A stretch of 64,000 bases of DNA from an uncultured Gemmatimonadales bacterium (lineage in GTDB: Bacteria; Gemmatimonadota; Gemmatimonadetes; Gemmatimonadales; GWC2-71-9). This document shows, in pieces, positions 19,651 to 27,895 of the stretch. How positions within the stretch are numbered: position 1 is the first letter of the stretch; each line of letters begins with the position of its first letter. The translations under genes were made by a program, and so were the position numbers. The DNA is taken from positions 1 through 64,000 of the forward strand of contig CAVSQW010000012.1 in NCBI GenBank assembly GCA_963730185.1, in the 5' to 3' direction. The notes under the pieces were generated by a model. The model was not told the DNA's origin. It ran no database searches and saw only the letters and a list, made by a program, of their open reading frames with translations.

Positions 19651-20166
19651 ATGCGTTTCCTGAAGGGAGTATCGGTCGCGGTCGCCCTGGGCTTGACCCT
19701 GGCCGGCTCGGCCGCGGCCCAGAGCGCCAGCGGGACCATCAACGCGACCGCGCAGGTCCGGCAGCCGATTACCATCACCGGTGCCCAGAACCTCGACTTC
19801 GGCATCGTGCTTCAGGGCACCCCGAAGACCATCGCATCGACCGCCGCCGCGGCCGGCCGATTCGACGCGACCGGCACCGCCAGCGCCAACGTCAACGTCG
19901 ACTTCACCCTCCCCGCGAACCTGACCAGCGGCGCCAATAACCTGGCCATCGGATCCTGGACCGGCTGCTACAACCAGGGCGCCGCGGTCAATACCAGCGG
20001 CTGCACCAACATCGCCAACCTCGCCACCACCACCGCGACCGCCTTCGGCAGCGTCTCGGGCAACGGCCGCCTCTGGGTGTTCGTCGGCGCGACCGTCTCG
20101 CCTGCCGCCGCCCAGGCCGTCGGAAGCTATGCCGGCACCGTCACCATGACGCTCACCTACTTCTGA
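19651..20166 (+). CDS. DUF4402-like fimbrial subunit (putative major pilin)
   Basis: Signal AAA|Q, N-terminal extension SASGTINATAQV, LDFG, one Cys pair, C-terminal GSYAGTVTMTLTYF; SD GAGGAG. Confidence 0.75.
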   Translation: MRFLKGVSVAVALGLTLAGSAAAQSASGTINATAQVRQPITITGAQNLDFGIVLQGTPKTIASTAAAAGRFDATGTASANVNVDFTLPANLTSGANNLAIGSWTGCYNQGAAVNTSGCTNIANLATTTATAFGSVSGNGRLWVFVGATVSPAAAQAVGSYAGTVTMTLTYF

Positions 20167-20265
20167 GCGTCGGACCGCGTCGGAAGGCCCAGGCTCGCGA
20201 AACGCGCATGACGCACCCTATTCTTCCCGGTCGCCGTGTCGTGAGCCTGGACCTTCGGGGGAACG

Positions 20266-20727
20266 ATGTCCCGTACCACACCGCTCGTTCTGCTCGCGTG
20301 GCTGGGCCTCACCGCTTCGGCGGCGGCCCAGATCACGGTGCAAGGCGTGCGGGATCTCGAGTTCGGGCCGGTGATGCAGGGAGTCCAGACCACTGTCGCC
20401 CCGACCGACCCGATCAAGAGTGGCCAATTCTATTTTCGCACGCCCAGCCTCGGATCGCGAGTTCGGATCCGGTTCAACCTGCCGACTCGGCTCAACGGCC
20501 CCGCCGGCGCCACCATGCCGATCCGCTTCCAGAACAACGACGCCATGGCCCAGGGCACCGGCCCGCTCAGCACGCCGGCGTTCTTCAACCCCAACGGCGC
20601 CGCCGTCTTTCGAATGGCCACCAGTCCGGACGCCAACGTCTGGCTCGGTGGCCGAGTGAGCCCAGCCGCGAATCAACCCGTGGGCACCTACTCCGCCACC
20701 GTCGTGATGACCATCACGGTGTTCTGA
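20266..20727 (+). CDS. DUF4402-like fimbrial subunit (paralog lacking the N-terminal extension)
   Basis: Signal AAA|Q, LEFG, FNLP..L, VWLGGRVSP and GTYSATVVMTITVF; clearly homologous to the preceding gene. Confidence 0.75.
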   Translation: MSRTTPLVLLAWLGLTASAAAQITVQGVRDLEFGPVMQGVQTTVAPTDPIKSGQFYFRTPSLGSRVRIRFNLPTRLNGPAGATMPIRFQNNDAMAQGTGPLSTPAFFNPNGAAVFRMATSPDANVWLGGRVSPAANQPVGTYSATVVMTITVF

Positions 20728-21554
20728 TGCGAGCCCTCACCCTGGCGTTGCTCGCCGCGGCGGGGCTGGTCGCCCAGGCGCGGGCCCAGGGGGTCGTGGT
20801 GGCGCCCCACGCCGTGATCATCGATCACCGCGCCCGGAGCGCGGCGATCACCCTGTACAACCCGGGATCGTCTCCCACCGAAGTCACCATCTCGAGTTTC
20901 TTCGGCTACCCGGTGACCGATTCGGCCGGCGAATTCGAGCTTGCCACCCCGGCCCCCGCCACCGGCCTGCCCTCGGCGGCCGATTGGATCGACGCCTATC
21001 CCAAGCGGATGATCGTCGGGCCCCTCGAGCACCAGACCGTGCGACTCCTCGTCCGGCCACCGGCCGGCCTGAGCGACGGCGAATACTGGAGCCGGCTCCT
21101 GATCTCGGCCCGGGGCGGCCGAGTGGCGCTGGCGCCCGACTCGACCCCCGCAGGCATCTCCGTCGGCCTCGACCTCGAAGTGCGAACCGTGATCCCGGTT
21201 CAGTATCGAAAGGGCAGTGTCACGACCGGCGTCCGACTCGACGCCCTCCGCTCCGCCGTCGAGGGCGACTCGCTCGCCGTCCGAACCCATCTTGTCCGGA
21301 CCGGCAATGCCGCCTTCCTCGGCACGATCCGGCTCAGTCTGCTCGGGCCGGACGGCAAGTCGGTGAGTGAGACCGAGTCGCCGCTCGCGGTCTACCTCGA
21401 CGTCGACCCGCGCCTCACCGTGCCCCTGGCCGGGGTAGCGCCCGGCACCTATCGGCTCCACGTCGCGGTCGAGGCGCGACGGGCCGACCTGCCGCCCGAA
21501 GAGCTGCTGCCCGCCGATCCGGTGCGGGCGGACACCACCGTCACCATTCGATGA
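20727..21554 (+). CDS. Fimbrial chaperone-like periplasmic protein (PapD/EcpB-like)
   Basis: Signal; VVAPHAVII, ITLYN, YPKRMIVGPLEHQTVRL, LSDGEYWSRL and VIPVQYRK; TGATG coupling. Confidence 0.75.
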   Translation: MRALTLALLAAAGLVAQARAQGVVVAPHAVIIDHRARSAAITLYNPGSSPTEVTISSFFGYPVTDSAGEFELATPAPATGLPSAADWIDAYPKRMIVGPLEHQTVRLLVRPPAGLSDGEYWSRLLISARGGRVALAPDSTPAGISVGLDLEVRTVIPVQYRKGSVTTGVRLDALRSAVEGDSLAVRTHLVRTGNAAFLGTIRLSLLGPDGKSVSETESPLAVYLDVDPRLTVPLAGVAPGTYRLHVAVEARRADLPPEELLPADPVRADTTVTIR

Positions 21555-24094
21555 TCTCGGCGGTCCTGCTCCTCCTCCTCGGGACCAACGCGCCCCCGCC
21601 GGTGCAACCCCATGCGCGGGACACCGCCGACCCGGTCATCGTCGATCTCGCCCTGGGCCGGCTCGCCCATCGCACCGTCGCCGCCTACCGCCGAGGCTCG
21701 GTGGTCTACCTGCCCATCACCGAGCTCTTCGACCTGGCCGAGATCCGGGTCGAGCGCTTCGATAGCACCACCCTCCGGGCTCGCCTCGAGCCGGGCCACG
21801 TGGCGCTCGAGGTACGCCCAGCCGATCACCGGATCGAGATCGGCGATCGAACCGTCGCCCTGGGCCCCGACGACCTCGTGGCCACCGCCACCGAGCTCTA
21901 CCTGGCCACGGCCCCCCTGGGCGAAGCGCTCGACCTGACCTGGAACGTCAGCTGGTCGGATCTCGCCGTGACCGCGCTCGATCCCTCGGGTCTCCCGATC
22001 GCCGAGCGCATCAGTCGCGACTGGCGGCGGCGAGCCCAAGGCCTGCTCGGCCGATCGGGACTGACCGTGGACCGGCGGATCGAGCCGTCCCGACGGGCGT
22101 GGGATGGTCTCGTCGTGGACTACAGTCTGCTCGCCCCGGCCGACCGCCCCCTCGCCGATGGGGCCTACGCGGCCGGCCTCGGGCTCGACATCCTTGGCGG
22201 GTCGTTCACCGCCCGGGTCCAGAACCAGGGCCCCCTCGCCGACGGCAACGTGCGGAGCGACGTCGCGTGGTTCGGCGTGTTCCAGAATCGCGGCTGGCTC
22301 ACCCAGCTCCGTCTCGGTGACGGCCTGGCGAGCGGCCCGCGGGGGCGCACCCTCCGGGGCATCTCGCTCACCAACAGCCCCTACCTCCGACCCAGCCTCC
22401 TCGGCGAAGCCGGTTTCGACGGAACCCTCGGTCCCGGCTGGCAGGTCGAGGCGTACCGGGGCGGGCGAGCGATCGCCTTCGACTCGGTCAACGCGCTGGG
22501 CGAGTTCTCCATCGACGCCCCCATCCAGTACGGCGAGAACCCGATCGAGTTCGTCGCCTACGGCCCCTTCGGCGAGGTGCGGCGCTGGAGCCGGAACCTC
22601 CGGGTCGACCCCAATCGAATCCGAGCGGGCAAGCTCGAGTACGGCGCGTCGGCGGGTCAATGCCGGACCGAGCGCTGCCGGGCGACGGCCAACCTCGACC
22701 TCCGCTACGGGCTGTCCACCCGGTGGACGGCCCAAGCGGGCATCGACCAGTTCTGGCGCGACTCGCTTCCCTCGCTCGCGCACCCGTACGCCGCGCTCTT
22801 CGGCAACCTGACCAACACCGTCAGCGTCGAGGCCGAAGCCGTCGCCCAGGCTGTGCTCCGCGGGGCGGTTCGCTACCAGCCCTCGCCCGACCTCTTGATC
22901 AGCGCCGAAGCCAGCCAATTCGCGACCGGCGTCGTGCAACCGATCCTGACGCCGGACGGACGAACCTCGCAATGGACCTTCAGCGGCTTCTTTCGGCCGT
23001 CACCCGAACGGGGAGCCACGTATCTCGAAGGCAGTGTGGACATCGTGCACGCCGGTCCCACCACCATCTCGAGCGGGCGGATCGGCGCTTCGTTCCAATC
23101 CGGCGAGCTCCAGCTGATGCCGGCCGTGCGTTGGCAACGGACCCGGGGCGCCGGGGCCAGCCTCGACCAGACGACCTTCGAGGCCAATGCGTTCCTTCTG
23201 CCTAGCCCACGCTTGGGCCCCCTGTTGGCCCGGACCACCACCCGCGCCCAGGTCGCCCTCACGGCCTCGCTTCGGTTGTCGTCGGCCGCAGCGTACCTGA
23301 GCCGCAATCTCGGGCGCGGCATCCGGGTGGAGCTCGGCGGAGGCTGGTCGCGGCTTCAGGGCCCCATCGTCTCGGCGGTTCTCGCGGCCGACCTCTCCAC
23401 CATCCGCTCGTACACGTCGCTCTTCCGATCCGGCGGCCGCACCACCTCGAGCGAATACGTGCAGGGGTCGGTGCTCTACGACCGGCCGGCGCAATCGATC
23501 GACTTCTCGTCCGGACCCGGCCTGGAACGGAGCGGCATCACGGGACGGGTCTTCCTGGACCGGAACGGGAACGAGCGGTTCGACCAGGGAGAGCAGGTCC
23601 TGCCGAACGTCCGGGTGAGCATCGGAATGGAGACGCGGCGCTCCGGCGACGACGGTCGCTTCCACCTCTGGAACGTGACCCCGTTCGAGCCGGCGATCGT
23701 GGCGGTCGACTCCACCACCCTACCCTCGCCGCTGTGGGTGCCCGCCTTCGGCGCGGTCGAGGTGCGGCCCGGCCCCAACCGCTACCAGATCGTGGACATT
23801 CCCGTGGCACCGGGCGGGGTCATCGAGGGCTCCGTGGTCCGCGGCCCCGACAGCACCGCGGTCCCGGGAGTTCCCATCGTGCTGGAGGCGATCGCGACCG
23901 GCACCGCCCGCCGGCTGGTCAGCTTCAGCGACGGGCAGTTCTACGCCATCGGGATCAAGCCGGGACGCTATCGGCTCCGGATTCCAGCGGCGACCGCCCA
24001 ACGGCTCGGGCTCACGGCGGAGCCGGTCGAGTTCGTCATGCCCGCCGACGTCGACGGCGCGACGGTCGGCAACCTCGTCCTTCGGCTTCGCTGA
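21551..24094 (+). CDS. Usher-like outer-membrane protein with C-terminal Cna-B/carboxypeptidase-regulatory-like domains
   Basis: 847 aa; LRLGD, LRGISL, plug-like VEAYRGG...GEFSIDAPIQYGENPIEFVAYGPFG, LRYGLS and GRVFLDRNGNERFDQGE; ATGA coupling. Confidence 0.72.
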   Translation: MISAVLLLLLGTNAPPPVQPHARDTADPVIVDLALGRLAHRTVAAYRRGSVVYLPITELFDLAEIRVERFDSTTLRARLEPGHVALEVRPADHRIEIGDRTVALGPDDLVATATELYLATAPLGEALDLTWNVSWSDLAVTALDPSGLPIAERISRDWRRRAQGLLGRSGLTVDRRIEPSRRAWDGLVVDYSLLAPADRPLADGAYAAGLGLDILGGSFTARVQNQGPLADGNVRSDVAWFGVFQNRGWLTQLRLGDGLASGPRGRTLRGISLTNSPYLRPSLLGEAGFDGTLGPGWQVEAYRGGRAIAFDSVNALGEFSIDAPIQYGENPIEFVAYGPFGEVRRWSRNLRVDPNRIRAGKLEYGASAGQCRTERCRATANLDLRYGLSTRWTAQAGIDQFWRDSLPSLAHPYAALFGNLTNTVSVEAEAVAQAVLRGAVRYQPSPDLLISAEASQFATGVVQPILTPDGRTSQWTFSGFFRPSPERGATYLEGSVDIVHAGPTTISSGRIGASFQSGELQLMPAVRWQRTRGAGASLDQTTFEANAFLLPSPRLGPLLARTTTRAQVALTASLRLSSAAAYLSRNLGRGIRVELGGGWSRLQGPIVSAVLAADLSTIRSYTSLFRSGGRTTSSEYVQGSVLYDRPAQSIDFSSGPGLERSGITGRVFLDRNGNERFDQGEQVLPNVRVSIGMETRRSGDDGRFHLWNVTPFEPAIVAVDSTTLPSPLWVPAFGAVEVRPGPNRYQIVDIPVAPGGVIEGSVVRGPDSTAVPGVPIVLEAIATGTARRLVSFSDGQFYAIGIKPGRYRLRIPAATAQRLGLTAEPVEFVMPADVDGATVGNLVLRLR

Positions 24095-24104
24095 TCGCGG
24101 AGCG

Positions 24105-24701
24105 TCAACCGGCCGGACACCGCCGGCCACCCGCGCCGGCCGCCTCGAGCATCCCCACCAGCTCACGCACCACCTCCCGACCCCGGTCCCGCCGATACCA
24201 GTCTCGCTCCCCGGCCGCCAGCCCGCCCGGATCGAGCCGCGAGCGGTGGCCGTCGATCCAGCGTCGCAGCGCCGCCGGACGCTCCACGAAGCATCCTCGT
24301 TCGGCGAACGTCGAATCGAGCAGGACGACCGTTGGGGTGGCCGGCCGGCCATCCGGGGTCGGATAGCGACGCATCAGGCCCGCCGCCTCGTCCGATCGGA
24401 CGATCCTGAGCTCCAACGACGGCACGAGCTCGACCAGCCGGGCCAGATACGGGATGCTCTCGACCGAGTCGCGGCACCAATCCTCCGCGATGACCAGGAA
24501 CCGCCACCGCCCCGATACCGCGGCCGCTCGGGCCACCTGAGCCGAGTCGGCCTGGGCACCGTCGGCGCGGGCCAGCCACGCCGACCGCTGGGCGTTGGCG
24601 CTGGCGAGAAAGGCCCCCCATGTCCGACCCGAACGGTACAGGTCGGCGATCGAGTCGGCCGGCGGGGCGCAGAGCGCCAGCGCGAAGAGAACGGGAACCA
24701 T
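24105..24701 (-). CDS. Thioredoxin-fold protein (single Cys, EDWCxD type), exported
   Basis: VIAEDWCRDS, cis-Pro-like ATPT and VERP. Confidence 0.8.
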   Translation of the reverse strand: MVPVLFALALCAPPADSIADLYRSGRTWGAFLASANAQRSAWLARADGAQADSAQVARAAAVSGRWRFLVIAEDWCRDSVESIPYLARLVELVPSLELRIVRSDEAAGLMRRYPTPDGRPATPTVVLLDSTFAERGCFVERPAALRRWIDGHRSRLDPGGLAAGERDWYRRDRGREVVRELVGMLEAAGAGGRRCPAG

Positions 24702-24750
24702 CGGATCGGCCTCCGACTGGGTGACAAAGGAACGGTAACGGACGGAGGGG

Positions 24751-24782
24751 AAAAACAAACAACCCCGCCGTCGCGGGGCTGT
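24751..24782 (-). terminator. Intrinsic terminator
   Basis: Minus strand ACAGCCCCGC-GACG-GCGGGGTTGT followed by TTGTTTTT. Confidence 0.8.
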
Positions 24783-24917
24783 CTGAACCCGTGGCTGGGA
24801 GTGCCTTGGGTTTGCTGAGTCGGCCGGGGTTTTCAGCAAGGGGGCTGAATTAGGAAGGAGTGGCCGACTCCATTCTTGGTCTATTGTCTCGCCGCAACCG
24901 GTGCGCTCTCGCGCTCC

Positions 24918-25460
24918 TCACGGACGGCTTCGATTCCGATTCCGATTCCGATCCCGGTTTCGATTGCGATCGGGCCGACCCTGATCCCGATCGCGGTCCC
25001 GGTACCGTCGATCCCGCGCGTCACGATCCCGTCGCTCCCGTCGATCGCGTCGGTCACGATCGAATCGATCGTCGCGATCCCTACCCCACGGTCCGTCGAA
25101 ACGGCGGTCGTGGTAGCGGTCGTCGAGCCGGTAATACCGACCACCGTACTGGTACACCGACACTTCCTCGAGCCCGCGGTCATACCGATCGTAGAAGCGC
25201 TGCCCGTATGGGTCGTAGTACACCCTGACAACCCGCGCCCCGTGACCTCGCCAGAAAGGACCCCCGTGCCGGCGTTCCACCACTACAACGCGGGCCGGGA
25301 TGGGCCGTGGAGCGTAACGGTCACCGATATGGATCACTCCGGCGACAGGAAACCCACCAATGTGGATGTCGGCCGACACTCGCTGCGCCGCCAACGACCC
25401 GGGTCGACTGGTCGCGAGTGCGGCACAGGTAGCCCCCATGATCAACAGTTGGTTTCGCAC
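24918..25460 (-). CDS. Secreted protein with an Arg/Asp/Asn-rich low-complexity tail
   Basis: SD GGAGGAGG and GTG start; signal ending SLAA|Q; tail RDRDDRFDRDRRDRR...RNRNRDRNRNR. Confidence 0.75.
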   Translation of the reverse strand: MRNQLLIMGATCAALATSRPGSLAAQRVSADIHIGGFPVAGVIHIGDRYAPRPIPARVVVVERRHGGPFWRGHGARVVRVYYDPYGQRFYDRYDRGLEEVSVYQYGGRYYRLDDRYHDRRFDGPWGRDRDDRFDRDRRDRRERRDRDARDRRYRDRDRDQGRPDRNRNRDRNRNRNRSRP

Positions 25461-25510
25461 GGTGTGCCTCCTCCAATGACTGATTGGTGGGCGTCTCCGA
25501 CCAGACTTAA

Positions 25511-25526
25511 TGCGAGCGTCGTGCCA
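25511..25526 (-). promoter_or_regulatory. Sigma54 promoter
   Basis: Minus strand TGGCACGACGCTCGCA, GG-N10-GC, about 50 bp upstream of the start. Confidence 0.7.
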
Positions 25527-25683
25527 CATCGTAAGTGCATGTAGAGATTGAGATTACGAATCTCGACCGCCGGGGAACTGTCCTCAAGCGAGGACAGGGA
25601 ACACCCGCTTCTAGGACACTTTGCCCCTGCCCCGACTGGTACCTAGCTTTGGGCCCACCCCTGCCGACCGGAGCAACCACCCC

Positions 25684-27060
25684 ATGTCAGAGAACGGCAA
25701 CGAGTCCGAGCGCCCCTCGCGCCGCGACCGGCCGGCCTACGGGTGGTTCGTCGTCGCCGTGCTGATGCTGGCCTACGTGTCGTCGTTCGTCGACCGGCAG
25801 ATCATGGCCCTGCTGGTGGGGCCCATCAAACGCGACCTGGGGATCTCGGATACGCGGATGGGGTTGCTGATGGGCTTCTCCTTCGCGGCCTTCTACAGCG
25901 TGCTGGGCTTCCCGATCGGGCGGCTGGCCGACCGGCGGAGTCGTCGCGGGATCATCGGGTGGGGCATCGCGGCGTGGAGTGTGATGACCATGCTGTCAGG
26001 CTTGGCTCGGAACTACTGGCAGCTGTTTCTCGCCCGGGTGGGGGTCGGGGTCGGCGAGGCGGCGCTCTCCCCACCCGCCTACTCCCTGATCGCGGATTAC
26101 TTCCCCCGCGACCGTCTTGGCACGGCAATCAGCGTCTATTCCCTCGGCATCTATCTGGGGAGCGGCATCGCGCTGATGCTCGGCGGATGGATCGTGAGCA
26201 CGGTGGGCACCGCCTCGACGTGGCAGCTCCCGCTGGTCGGCGCGGTCAGACCCTGGCAGGCGGTCTTCATCCTGATCGGCCTGCCGGGCATGCTGCTCGC
26301 CCTGCTGATCCGCACCATTCGCGAGCCGGTCCGCGGCGCCATGAGCGCAGGCACTTCGGCGGCGGAGGTTCCGGTCGCCGAGGTCGTTCGTTACGTCCGG
26401 CGCCATGGCGCCGCGTTCTTGAGCCACAACCTCGGCTTCGCGCTGATCGCGATGGTCAATTACGGGTGGGCGTTCTGGGTCCCCACCTTCCTGATTCGGA
26501 CCCACGGCTGGACCCCGCAGCATGCCGGCTACGTCTATGGCCTCTGGACGGCCACGTTCGGCGTGGCGGGCGTCGTCACCGGCGGCTATCTCGCCGACGT
26601 CCTGGCGCGGCGTGGTCACGCCGACGCCAAGCTCAGGATCGGCCTGATCGGCGCGGTGGCTCAGATCGGGGCGACCCTGCTCTTCCTGTGCGCGCCGACG
26701 GCGATCATGGAGGTGGCCCTGATCCCCAGTACCTTCATCGCGTCGTTCGGCTTCGGGGCCGCCGCGGCCGGCGTCCAGGAAATCTCGCCCGTGCCGATGC
26801 GAGCCCAGACATCGGCGCTCTATCTCTTCATCGTGAACTTGGTGGGACTCGGGCTCGGGCCAAGTTTCATCGCGAGCCTGACCGACTACGTCTTTCGCGA
26901 TGAGCTCCTGATCGGCCGGTCGATCCTGGTCGTGTCGCTGGTCGGGCTGATCGGGGCAATCATCGTCTTCGTCGCCGGGCTCCCGGCCTTCCGCGAAGCG
27001 GCGCGCGCCAGTCCCAGATGGCAACCCGAAGCCGGGCTCGGGCCCGGGAGGACCCCGTGA
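25684..27060 (+). CDS. MFS transporter (spinster-like)
   Basis: SFVDRQ, GRLADRRSRR, ARVGVGVGEA and SLIADYFP. Confidence 0.9.
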   Translation: MSENGNESERPSRRDRPAYGWFVVAVLMLAYVSSFVDRQIMALLVGPIKRDLGISDTRMGLLMGFSFAAFYSVLGFPIGRLADRRSRRGIIGWGIAAWSVMTMLSGLARNYWQLFLARVGVGVGEAALSPPAYSLIADYFPRDRLGTAISVYSLGIYLGSGIALMLGGWIVSTVGTASTWQLPLVGAVRPWQAVFILIGLPGMLLALLIRTIREPVRGAMSAGTSAAEVPVAEVVRYVRRHGAAFLSHNLGFALIAMVNYGWAFWVPTFLIRTHGWTPQHAGYVYGLWTATFGVAGVVTGGYLADVLARRGHADAKLRIGLIGAVAQIGATLLFLCAPTAIMEVALIPSTFIASFGFGAAAAGVQEISPVPMRAQTSALYLFIVNLVGLGLGPSFIASLTDYVFRDELLIGRSILVVSLVGLIGAIIVFVAGLPAFREAARASPRWQPEAGLGPGRTP

Positions 27061-27557
27061 GCGGATTCCGAGTGTCGGTGGCCAAGGACTATCTCAACTT
27101 CTCCGCGGCGCACTTTCTCACCATTCCCGGTCACAAGTGCGAGGCCCTGCACGGTCACAACTACGCGGTGAGCGTTTCGGTGGACGGGTCGGTCGATCCC
27201 GCCACGGGCTTCGTGGTGGATTTCGCGGTCCTGAAGCGAATCCTCCGCCCGGTCGTGGACGCCCTGGATCACCGCGTCCTGGTGGCGGGGAACAACCCCA
27301 AGCTGCTCCTCCGGGAGGAGAACGGGCGGACGGCGATCGAGTACGGAGGGCGGACCCGGTTCGTCCTACCGACCGGCAACGTCGCGGTCGTCCCGGTCAC
27401 GGACACCACGGCCGAGCTGCTGGCGGAATACCTGACCCGGGAGGTGACCCGAGGTCTCGCGGAGGCCGGCGTGGGCGGGGTCCGGGCCGTCGCGGTTGAC
27501 GTGGAGGAGAGCCCCGGCCAATCTGGAACGTACCGGATCCAACTGGAGGCACCGTGA
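27057..27557 (+). CDS. queD: 6-pyruvoyl-tetrahydropterin synthase/QueD family protein
   Basis: FSAAHF, CEALHGHNY, LDHR and TTAELLA; SD GGAGGA, GTGA overlap. Confidence 0.85.
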   Translation: MSGFRVSVAKDYLNFSAAHFLTIPGHKCEALHGHNYAVSVSVDGSVDPATGFVVDFAVLKRILRPVVDALDHRVLVAGNNPKLLLREENGRTAIEYGGRTRFVLPTGNVAVVPVTDTTAELLAEYLTREVTRGLAEAGVGGVRAVAVDVEESPGQSGTYRIQLEAP

Positions 27558-27895
27558 CCGACCGAGCGATGACGTCCGACCAAGTGACCCAGGCGCTGGC
27601 CCACCTCCCGGGCTGGCGCCTCGAGGACGGCGCGATCCGCCGTACATATCAGACCGACGGGTGGCGAGTCACCATGCTCGCCGTCAACGCGATCGCCTGG
27701 ATCTGCGAGGCCGCCGACCACCATGCCGACCTGGCGGTCAGCTGGCCCAGCGTCGGGGTGGCGCTGTCGACCCACAGCGCGGGTGGGATCACCGCCAAGG
27801 ATTTCGAGGTGGCCCGTTTGATCGACGCCCAGCTGACCTGGGAGGCCCCCAAGGGATCACCGCTGGCCGGACCGGACCGTCCCCTGGTCCGCTAG
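27554..27895 (+). CDS. phhB: Pterin-4-alpha-carbinolamine dehydratase
   Basis: EAADHHADL and LSTHSAGGITAKDF. Confidence 0.88.
   Translation: MTDRAMTSDQVTQALAHLPGWRLEDGAIRRTYQTDGWRVTMLAVNAIAWICEAADHHADLAVSWPSVGVALSTHSAGGITAKDFEVARLIDAQLTWEAPKGSPLAGPDRPLVR

Noticed and set aside
24876..25544. Plus-strand ORF with IPIPIP repeats
   Set aside because: Antisense reading of the R/D-rich gene; SD, promoter, signal peptide and terminator all favour the minus strand.
25650..25665. GG-N10-GC spacing upstream of the MFS-queD operon
   Set aside because: Lacks the TGGCA core and is expected by chance at this GC content.
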